Positions 13,875 through 20,764 of a stretch of DNA of 32,000 nt are shown piece by piece. The notes beneath the pieces were generated by a model. It made no database searches, was not told the DNA's origin, and saw nothing but the letters and a program-made list of their open reading frames with translations. Positions within the stretch are counted from its first letter, which is position 1. Each line of letters opens with the position of its first letter. The DNA lies in assembly GCA_041659405.1 (NCBI GenBank), contig JBAZYK010000001.1, forward strand, positions 1 to 32,000, given 5' to 3'. The translations under genes and the position numbers were made by a program. Source of the DNA: Candidatus Altimarinota bacterium (GTDB lineage Bacteria; Patescibacteriota; Gracilibacteria; UBA1369).

Positions 13875-15179
13875 TTGAAAGGTGTCCTATCGGAGGACTT
13901 TTCTCCGGTTTCATTTATGGCCTTAAGTTATAATCTCAAATATAAGAAATTGAACTTTTTTCATAAAGTTCTGCTGGAAAAAGAGGGCGAAATCATCTTG
14001 AATCGTCAATATTTCCGTTTAAAAGGAAAAGGTGCCGGTGATCAGGGTGAAACCATTTATTTTGCCGATATTAAAGAAATGAGTGTGGACGATGATTATC
14101 TGGAGTTCACCACATTTCGCAAAGAACGTTATGCTTTAAGCAATTTTTCCAATCTTTTTGATTCTTTTATAAAAGATTTTTTTAAAGTGCGAAATGATTT
14201 TTTGGCCGAAGCTTTGCTGATGAAAGTTGGGATGCTGTACCAGGAATATGATGGCCAGGTTGAAATTGTGAATCGTTTTGGGAAATTTATTAATCGTGGA
14301 ATGTGCCGTATTCAGTTTTACGAAAGCAGCATTGTGGTAATACCGGAAAAGCATGACTGTTTTGTGATTTATTTAAATTTCCTAAAAAATCATGAACTGG
14401 ATGAAGACGAATATGTTTTAAAACTTTATCTGGATACCGGCAGCATCATCCAGTTTTCCAAGCTTGGGACCATGCTGGAAGATGCGCAGGAAACTTTGGA
14501 ATCGTTGATGGGTAAAATGTATGAAAAAATTGTTAATCATCTGAAAGAAATTTTGCCGGAGTTTGATCCTGTGACTCTATTAAAGCTGGCTTATCAGTTT
14601 AAAGATGGGAAATGTGTGAGTTTTCAAGTGATCAAAAAACTCCATGAAGATTTACCAAAAAAAATTGAGGCTTTGTTATTTGAAAAATTATCACCGGCAA
14701 TGAAAGAAAAAGCCGCCATGTTAAAAAGCCTGGCGGGAGATCCACAGTTTTATGCCGGTTTAAGCTTTCAGACCAGACCGGATACGCGTGATTTACAGAT
14801 GAAATTGTGGTTTTTGGCTGCTCTGCCTGAAAAGAACATCCTGGCTTTAAGTAGCGGCAATCTTAACGAAGAAAATGTTTATTTTTTCAGAATAGTAATG
14901 GAAGAAGGCATTGTGGAGGAAAAATTGCAGGATAAAATTCTGGAATTGAATCAAAGTTTATTTTTATCCCGCTTTGATTTTGGGATCCTTTATAAGGACA
15001 AACATGATTTAAAGAAGACAAAATTCAAAACCGCTTTAAGAAAGCTCGTTTTTTTAAGAATTTTAAGGAAATCATTTATCGGAAAGAGTTCCGCCGTTGA
15101 CCTTAAAGATTTTAAAAAAGATTTGGACAAATATTTTATAATCGCAAAGCTGCAACAGAAGACTTTAGCGCTAAGATAA
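13875..15179 (+). CDS. hypothetical cytoplasmic protein (no family recognised)
   Basis: A 434-aa uninterrupted ORF starting at a TTG, with an alternative ATG at 13917. No TM segment or known motif was recognised. Confidence 0.6.
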   Translation: MKGVLSEDFSPVSFMALSYNLKYKKLNFFHKVLLEKEGEIILNRQYFRLKGKGAGDQGETIYFADIKEMSVDDDYLEFTTFRKERYALSNFSNLFDSFIKDFFKVRNDFLAEALLMKVGMLYQEYDGQVEIVNRFGKFINRGMCRIQFYESSIVVIPEKHDCFVIYLNFLKNHELDEDEYVLKLYLDTGSIIQFSKLGTMLEDAQETLESLMGKMYEKIVNHLKEILPEFDPVTLLKLAYQFKDGKCVSFQVIKKLHEDLPKKIEALLFEKLSPAMKEKAAMLKSLAGDPQFYAGLSFQTRPDTRDLQMKLWFLAALPEKNILALSSGNLNEENVYFFRIVMEEGIVEEKLQDKILELNQSLFLSRFDFGILYKDKHDLKKTKFKTALRKLVFLRILRKSFIGKSSAVDLKDFKKDLDKYFIIAKLQQKTLALR

Positions 15180-15206
15180 GCCATTCCCTCAGGGCTATAA
15201 TTTCAT

Positions 15207-15235
15207 TTGGTTTTTAATAAAAAGAGGCCTACAAT
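15207..15235 (+). promoter_or_regulatory. sigma70-like promoter TTGGTT-17 nt-TACAAT for trxA
   Basis: Hexamers at 15207-15212 and 15230-15235. Confidence 0.35.
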
Positions 15236-15267
15236 TCGACTTGGATTTATCTCTTTATTTTTTAAAT

Positions 15268-15588
15268 ATGGCTGAATTTACATTTACAGATGCTAACTTC
15301 GAAGCGGAAGTTATGAAGGCCAAAGGTTTGGTTCTGGTGGATTTCTTTGCGGTTTGGTGCGGTCCATGCAAAATGATGGCACCTGCTATCGAAAAACTTG
15401 CGGAGGCCTATAAAGGTAAGGTGAAAATCGGAAAAATGGATGTTGATGAAAATCAGGCGGTAAGCGGTCATTTTGAAATTCAAAGCATTCCGACTTTAAT
15501 TTTCTTTCAAGATGGCGCAATGGTGGAAAAGCTGGTTGGATTCCAAAGTGAAGAAGCTTTAAAGCAAAAAATTGAAGCCTTGCTTTAA
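15268..15588 (+). CDS. trxA: thioredoxin
   Basis: WCGPCK active site within a canonical thioredoxin of about 106 aa. The start is moved to the ATG at 15268. Confidence 0.9.
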   Translation: MAEFTFTDANFEAEVMKAKGLVLVDFFAVWCGPCKMMAPAIEKLAEAYKGKVKIGKMDVDENQAVSGHFEIQSIPTLIFFQDGAMVEKLVGFQSEEALKQKIEALL

Positions 15589-16073
15589 AATAATGTTGAT
15601 TGGGGATCTTCTTTTTCTTTTTTAAGAATATTTTCCCCGGTTGGTTTTTTCTTTGAAGCTTTGAGTGATTCAGACTGGGCATGCTTGTCGCATTCGTTAT
15701 TCCATTTATTTTTGGCGTGACCCTTAACCCAAATATAGTTTACATCAAGCCCTTCCGCCAGCTCGTCCAACTCTTCCCATAAATCTTTATTGGCTTTTCT
15801 TTTCCACCCCTGATTGAGTGATTGAATTATAAGATTTGAATCCGAATATAAATTTATTTCCGAATTTTGTAATTTATTTTCGACAATAAATTTTAATGCT
15901 TCAATTACCGCGAGCATTTCCATTCTGTTATTTGTTGTAAAAATTTCGCTTCCTTTTAAAATTTTAAAAGGCACACTCGATTTTTTTTCCAAAATAATTG
16001 CGCACCAACCACCCGGACCGGGATTGCCCCTGCAGCTTCCATCAGCGAAAATTTCAATGTCTTGTAGTTTCAT
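15585..16073 (-). CDS. rnhA: ribonuclease HI
   Basis: IFADGSCRGNPGPGGW, TNNRMEMLAVIEAL, YSDSNLI and VKGHA...NECDKHA motifs. The start is placed at MKLQDIEIF (ATG at 16073). Confidence 0.85.
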   Translation of the reverse strand: MKLQDIEIFADGSCRGNPGPGGWCAIILEKKSSVPFKILKGSEIFTTNNRMEMLAVIEALKFIVENKLQNSEINLYSDSNLIIQSLNQGWKRKANKDLWEELDELAEGLDVNYIWVKGHAKNKWNNECDKHAQSESLKASKKKPTGENILKKEKEDPQSTLF

Positions 16074-16105
16074 ATAATTTTTAAAAATCAGGTGAAGCAT
16101 AATTG

Positions 16106-16148
16106 ATAAATATTTTTTTGTGAAATGAATTTTATAAATATTTTTTTG
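16106..16148. repeat. direct repeat ATAAATATTTTTTTG x2 (28-nt period) in the divergent AT-rich spacer
   Basis: Exact 15-mers at 16106-16120 and 16134-16148, each followed by a (T/A)G(A/T)GA..ATGAA-like sequence. Confidence 0.6.
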
Positions 16149-16246
16149 AGTGATGAAAATAAATTTTATTTTTTGGAAAATTTTTATTATTTTTTGTGCG
16201 AATAACTTTACTTTTAAAATGGAATTTGTTAAATTTGATTCGTCAT

Positions 16247-16263
16247 TGTTCTTATTAAGAACA
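16247..16263. promoter_or_regulatory. perfect 8-1-8 palindrome TGTTCTTA-T-TAAGAACA
   Basis: Exact inverted repeat 25 nt upstream of the ATG at 16288. Confidence 0.4.
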
Positions 16264-16287
16264 TTATTTTTTAACCCTTTCTCTTCC

Positions 16288-16401
16288 ATGGCGATGAAGA
16301 AAAAGCCTACCAAAAAAGCTCCAGCTAAAAAAGGCAAGAGCAAGGTAGCAAAGAAGGCTGTAAAAAAGACAGCAAAAAAGGTTGCAAAGAAAAGAAAATA
16401 A
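16288..16401 (+). CDS. small Lys/Ala-rich histone-H1-like basic protein
   Basis: MAMKKKPTKKAPAKKGKSKVAKKAVKKTAKKVAKKRK (37 aa), followed by a terminator. The longer 83-aa form starting at 16150 runs through AT-rich spacer. Confidence 0.5.
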   Translation: MAMKKKPTKKAPAKKGKSKVAKKAVKKTAKKVAKKRK

Positions 16402-16418
16402 TCTCTCTTTGCTCAAAA

Positions 16419-16448
16419 GGCTCCGCTAAAAACGGGGTCTTTTTTTTA
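16419..16448 (+). terminator. rho-independent terminator
   Basis: A GGCTCCG / CGGGGTC stem (two G-U pairs) with a 7-nt loop, followed by TTTTTTTTATTT. Confidence 0.5.
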
Positions 16449-16477
16449 TTTCTTGTTCTTTTTTTTCAAAACGTGAG

Positions 16478-18892
16478 ATGATTGTCCCTTGGAGGGATAT
16501 ACCAGCCTTTATGAATAAAAATAAGCATAAAAAATCAGCCGCGGACTTGAATGGAGCTCACGCCGCTAGCGATGGAGATAGGCACTTCGTGCATGATGGA
16601 AAAATTTTTCTGGAAAAAAACCACCACTCATATTTGTCTGCATTTAATTTTTTTTTAAAAAGAAGATTTAAAAAAGTTATTTTTTTAAGAAAACCATTTA
16701 AGGTACTCATAAAAGTCATGGAGGTTTTCTTTGTTATTATAGGCATTTTTATTGTTTTACTTTTTTTAATATTTGGAGGAGGTCTTCCGGATCTGAAACA
16801 AATTAAAAATATAAATTTTGCAGAAACCACTCGTCTTTATGATCGTAATGGAAATCAGCTTTATCAAATTTTTGGAAAAGAAAATCGCAAATATATTTCT
16901 TTGAATGATATTGATAAAAAAATAATTAAAGCAACAATTGCGACTGAAGATAAAAATTATTATCTGCATTTTGGTTTTGATCCAATAGGAATCGTGCGTG
17001 CTCAAATAAAAAACTCGCAATCCGATGGCATAGCGCAGGGCGCATCGACCATTACGCAACAACTCGCAAAAAATATTTTTCTTTCTCCTGAAAGAACTTA
17101 TGTAAGAAAAATCAAAGAACTGCTTTTAGCTTTTGAATTGGAATGGATATATAGCAAAGATGAAATTCTGGAAATGTATTTAAATAAAATTGCCTACGGG
17201 ACAAACGCGTTTGGAGTTGAAGCGGCAGCCCAGACTTTTTTTGGAAAACCGGCCGGGAATGTGAGCCTGGCACAGGCAAGTATATTGGCCGCACTGCCAA
17301 AAGCTCCTTCTTATTATTCTCCTTATGGCCCACATGTAAAAGAATTAATTGGATACTGTGATAAAGGACAGGATGCCAATTATGTTTGTACATCTCCACA
17401 AGATTCACATTATGTTTGGGGCCGTAAAGATTACGTTTTACAGCGACTGCTTGAAGATGGGCAGATCACGCAAAATGATTTTTTGAATGCCTGGCAGGAT
17501 TCTCTTAAAATTACTTTTGTAAAACCAAAAATAAAAATTGAAGATCCCCATTTCGTTTTTTATGTAAAAGATTTTCTGGAACAGCGTTATGGTAAAGAAT
17601 TGGTTGAAAATGGCGGATTGCAGGTCACAACTTCGATTGATCCGCAGCTGCAGGCAATCGCGGAAAAAGCCGTTGAAGACCAGGCAAAAACCAATTTAAG
17701 AATGGGAGCAAACAATGCGGCCTTTGTAGCGTTAAATCCAAAAAATGGACAAATTTTAGCGATGGTTGGTTCACGTGATTATTGGGATGAAAGTTTTGAT
17801 GGCCAGGTTAATGTGGTTTTAAGCCCAAGGCAACCAGGATCGTCATTTAAGCCCCTTGTTTACGCGACGGCGGTTCAAAATGCCGGAATAGGCTCCGGAA
17901 CATATTTGGACGACTCCAAGACCCTTTTTAATCATAAGGATGTCCCTCAAGATTATGATGGAAAATATCTTGGACCAATGACAATAAGACAAGCACTTGG
18001 CGGGTCTCGCAATATTCCGGCAATTAAGGCATTTTATGTAGCAGGAGGTGAAGACCAGCTGCTGGTTTTTGCGGAAAAACTGGGAATTAAAAGTTTACGA
18101 TCTTATAAAGATAATTTTAATAAAGATTTGCAGCATGGCTGGACTTTTAATTATGGCTGGCCAATGGCTATAGGAAGCGGTGAGGTTTCATTACTGGAAA
18201 TGGTTGGAGCTTACGGTGTTTTTGCCAATCAGGGAAAATACGCACCACCGATTCCGGTTTTGGAAGTGAGAGATCATGATGGAAATTTAATTGAAAAATT
18301 TGATTCACCAAATACCGGTGTACAGGTTATTGATCCGCAAATTGCCTACATCATTAGCAATATGTTGGCAGATGTATGGGCGCGCCCGGCGGGTTCATGG
18401 AGGAATTTATTAACAATTGCCGGACAAAATGTGGCTGCAAAAACCGGAACTTCCAACAAAGTGGTTTATGGTGTAAGTGTGCCAAATAATGACTTAACTA
18501 TTGGATATACTCCTTCACTGGCGGCCGGCGTTTGGGTTGGAAACAGTGATGGCAGCAATATGCGCAGCAATGCTTATAGTCTTTATACTACCGATCCTAT
18601 TTTTCATAAATTTTTTACGGAAGCTTTGAAAGATAAACCAAAAGAGGATTTTCCTGTTCCAGCCGGCATAAAACTGGTGGGCAAAGAAGTTTATCCAAGC
18701 TGGGGAGCTCCAAAAAAATATTTTGAAAATATGTTTGTTAAAATAGAAGAAAAACCGCCGGAGACGCAGCAGACGCAGGCGGGTGGGACGCAACAGGCAG
18801 TTCCGGGTGGAACACAGGCTCCGGATGGAATTCCGGTGGTAACGCAGATGCCGCAGGGAGCGGCTCAGCAAATAACGCCGCCGGCTCAATAA
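16478..18892 (+). CDS. class A penicillin-binding protein (glycosyltransferase GT51 plus transpeptidase)
   Basis: GT51 motifs EDKNYYLHFGFD and GASTITQQLAKN, transpeptidase SSFKP (SxxK) and KTGTS motifs, a single N-terminal TM helix and a Q/P/T-rich tail. The start codon is uncertain. Confidence 0.9.
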   Translation: MIVPWRDIPAFMNKNKHKKSAADLNGAHAASDGDRHFVHDGKIFLEKNHHSYLSAFNFFLKRRFKKVIFLRKPFKVLIKVMEVFFVIIGIFIVLLFLIFGGGLPDLKQIKNINFAETTRLYDRNGNQLYQIFGKENRKYISLNDIDKKIIKATIATEDKNYYLHFGFDPIGIVRAQIKNSQSDGIAQGASTITQQLAKNIFLSPERTYVRKIKELLLAFELEWIYSKDEILEMYLNKIAYGTNAFGVEAAAQTFFGKPAGNVSLAQASILAALPKAPSYYSPYGPHVKELIGYCDKGQDANYVCTSPQDSHYVWGRKDYVLQRLLEDGQITQNDFLNAWQDSLKITFVKPKIKIEDPHFVFYVKDFLEQRYGKELVENGGLQVTTSIDPQLQAIAEKAVEDQAKTNLRMGANNAAFVALNPKNGQILAMVGSRDYWDESFDGQVNVVLSPRQPGSSFKPLVYATAVQNAGIGSGTYLDDSKTLFNHKDVPQDYDGKYLGPMTIRQALGGSRNIPAIKAFYVAGGEDQLLVFAEKLGIKSLRSYKDNFNKDLQHGWTFNYGWPMAIGSGEVSLLEMVGAYGVFANQGKYAPPIPVLEVRDHDGNLIEKFDSPNTGVQVIDPQIAYIISNMLADVWARPAGSWRNLLTIAGQNVAAKTGTSNKVVYGVSVPNNDLTIGYTPSLAAGVWVGNSDGSNMRSNAYSLYTTDPIFHKFFTEALKDKPKEDFPVPAGIKLVGKEVYPSWGAPKKYFENMFVKIEEKPPETQQTQAGGTQQAVPGGTQAPDGIPVVTQMPQGAAQQITPPAQ
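16554..16595 (+). repeat. GC-rich dispersed element, full form (copy C)
   Basis: GAGCTCACGCCGCTAGCGATGGAGATAGGCACTTCGTGCATG lies inside the first 40 codons of the PBP ORF as called. Confidence 0.8.
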
Positions 18893-18902
18893 ATGGTATT
18901 AA

Positions 18903-19520
18903 TTATCGATGATCCTGGTACATTTCCGAGCTGGAATATTCTTCAAGATTCTTCACCAATATCGTCAACTTTTTCATACCGTACTTTTTTGCCCATTGTT
19001 TCATAACTTTAAAATCCAGCGTTTTCAATTCATCCAAACGTTCAGCCTGCCATAAAGCAAAATCCGGCTTAAACTTAACAGAATTAAGATAAAAATAATC
19101 CAACAGCGCCTTTTCGGGTGTGGCCATAAATGCTCCATCTGCTCTTTTCTCTACTCCAAAAAAAAGTGATGGAGGCAGATGACGATAGTTGAATGTTCCA
19201 AATTCGTTGCTGTATTTTTGAGTTTTTTTTGAGGTAATGAGTGTATAGGCAACCGTGCCTTCCGGGATAATCCCATATAAAGACAATGCCGATTCCATGC
19301 TGTGATAAGAGGGAGATACCATTTCTTGCGCAATTACGTACACATTCGGATGAGCATCCGGAAAAGTGTAACGGTTTTGCTTTAGGCGAATCAGCTTCCT
19401 GCTTTTAGACAGACGTGAAAGCTGTATTCTGATCGAAGTTACAGGTTCTTTAAAATAATTTTCCAGCTCTTCGATCCCAAATGTTCTGCCCCTAAATGGA
19501 TTAAGGTCATCAATTTTCAT
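18903..19520 (-). CDS. abiEi: AbiEi-type antitoxin / transcriptional regulator
   Basis: wHTH-like N-terminus (IQLSRLSKSRKLIRLKQNRYTF) and the conserved SYHSMESALSLYGIIPE and ATPEKALLDYFYL blocks. The ATG at 19520 overlaps the upstream stop by 11 nt. Confidence 0.75.
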   Translation of the reverse strand: MKIDDLNPFRGRTFGIEELENYFKEPVTSIRIQLSRLSKSRKLIRLKQNRYTFPDAHPNVYVIAQEMVSPSYHSMESALSLYGIIPEGTVAYTLITSKKTQKYSNEFGTFNYRHLPPSLFFGVEKRADGAFMATPEKALLDYFYLNSVKFKPDFALWQAERLDELKTLDFKVMKQWAKKYGMKKLTILVKNLEEYSSSEMYQDHR

Positions 19521-20367
19521 AAGAATTTTGGTAATCCTGTAAGAGCAGCAAAGTCTCGGGGATGTAGTTATTGAGCCACTTATCGAATGTTGCAAAGTCC
19601 ATCGTAACAAACCGTTCCAAATCCATGCGCATTAGGGAAATATCCAGTTTTTTTACTTTTTTTGTAACTGCGGTAATAACTTCACGCATATTTTTAAAAT
19701 CTTTTTTACCCTGCTGAATACTGTTGGCCTTTAGGTAATCCAGGTTGAAATGAATTGTCGGTTTATACTGCAAATACCATTGAAGATCATAATAATCGCG
19801 CCCTTTTTGATATTCGCGAAATAAAATGGCGGAGAGCTTTCCGGCAAAGCCCGTGCTTAAATCATGAGTGCTAATTAAATAATCTCCCGCAAAACTGCGA
19901 TAGGTTTTCTTTTCATATTTTGCATTGTCCGGAGGATTAATATCCAGCTCGATTTTGATTTTGATGCTTTGGGACTGCAACGGTGAAATACCCAGATCAA
20001 AAAGAATTTGTCCAAAAGAAATCATAATTTTAATAACATTTCGATTTGTACTTAACTTGCCATGGAATTGGAATCCGGTGATTTTTTCTGAAAATTCCCC
20101 GGTGATATCGGAAAAAAACTTTTCGGAAGGAAACTTTGGATCTGCTTTGTCGAGCGCAAGGTCGATGTCCTCTGAAAAACGGTTGATTCTATAAGAAAGG
20201 CGCAATTTTGTTCCTCCCATGAAATACACAGGATAGCGCATTTTTGCGTATAAGGTGTATAAAATAAGATATTGCAGTTCCTCCCTCAGATATTGAAAAA
20301 GGAGTTGTTTGTCCTTAATATCCTTGTATTTCTCCTGGAATGCCTTGAGGAATAGAAAGTAGTTCAT
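19510..20367 (-). CDS. abiEii: AbiEii/AbiGii-family nucleotidyltransferase toxin (DUF1814)
   Basis: FMGGTKLRLSYRINRFSEDIDLAL is a pol-beta-type NTase motif in the usual N-terminal position. The ORF is 285 aa. Confidence 0.85.
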   Translation of the reverse strand: MNYFLFLKAFQEKYKDIKDKQLLFQYLREELQYLILYTLYAKMRYPVYFMGGTKLRLSYRINRFSEDIDLALDKADPKFPSEKFFSDITGEFSEKITGFQFHGKLSTNRNVIKIMISFGQILFDLGISPLQSQSIKIKIELDINPPDNAKYEKKTYRSFAGDYLISTHDLSTGFAGKLSAILFREYQKGRDYYDLQWYLQYKPTIHFNLDYLKANSIQQGKKDFKNMREVITAVTKKVKKLDISLMRMDLERFVTMDFATFDKWLNNYIPETLLLLQDYQNSYEN

Positions 20368-20388
20368 TTCCGTAAATTAACAAAATTG

Positions 20389-20410
20389 TATACTTATGGA
20401 AATAAGTATA
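20389..20410. promoter_or_regulatory. perfect 9-4-9 palindrome TATACTTAT-GGAA-ATAAGTATA (putative AbiEi operator)
   Basis: It begins 22 nt upstream of the abiEii ATG (20367) and directly abuts a minus-strand TACAAT (-10-like) hexamer at 20383-20388. Confidence 0.5.
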
Positions 20411-20508
20411 GTCGAATGTTTTGGGAATGTCAATGGGGGAAACCTTCTGTTTTTGGTGGATCGTACGCTTTTTGGGCATGTTGCTTGCACAAGGGAAAAC
20501 CTCGCCTC

Positions 20509-20552
20509 AAATGAAAATAAATCGTCGCTACGCTTCCTCTTTATTTTCATTT
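20509..20552. repeat. 13-bp perfect inverted repeat AAATGAAAATAAA / TTTATTTTCATTT with an 18-nt loop
   Basis: The arms are at 20509-20521 and 20540-20552. The loop, TCGTCGCTACGCTTCCTC, contains the TCGCTACGCT core of the dispersed element. Confidence 0.6.
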
Positions 20553-20626
20553 CGGCGTCCTCACTTTATTCGTTCTCGCGGAGCTCGAACTCATTTCGTT
20601 TCGGACCGGTTTTCTCGCATGTAGCC

Positions 20627-20700
20627 TGGAGCGGTATACGGGAATCGAACCCGTGTCTCGGCCTTGGGAAGGCCGCATTCTACCATTGAACCAATACCGC
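20627..20700 (-). tRNA. tRNA-Gly (anticodon CCC), CCA encoded
   Basis: The 74-nt reverse complement folds as a cloverleaf. The acceptor is GCGGTAT/ATACCGC, the anticodon arm is CGGCC-TTCCCAA-GGCCG and the T arm is ACGGG-TTCGATT-CCCGT, with discriminator T and a 3' CCA. Confidence 0.9.
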
Positions 20701-20764
20701 GCGATGGTGCCCGTTTGAAACTGTTTATCTTTCGGCCCTGTTTTTTTGCACACCGCGGATTATA

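Noticed and set aside
15585-16343. Long 252-aa version of the RNase H ORF, and the 83-aa version of the basic peptide starting at 16150
   Set aside because: The extensions run through the AT-rich divergent spacer and encode implausible Phe/Ile/Lys-rich sequence. The RNase HI homology begins at the Met encoded at 16073, and the basic peptide begins at 16288.
18893-20626. Integrative element with att repeats at tRNA-Gly
   Set aside because: I looked for a copy of the tRNA 3' end (TGGAGCGGTATACGGGAATCGAACC) near 18893-18910 and elsewhere and found none. No integrase gene is present.
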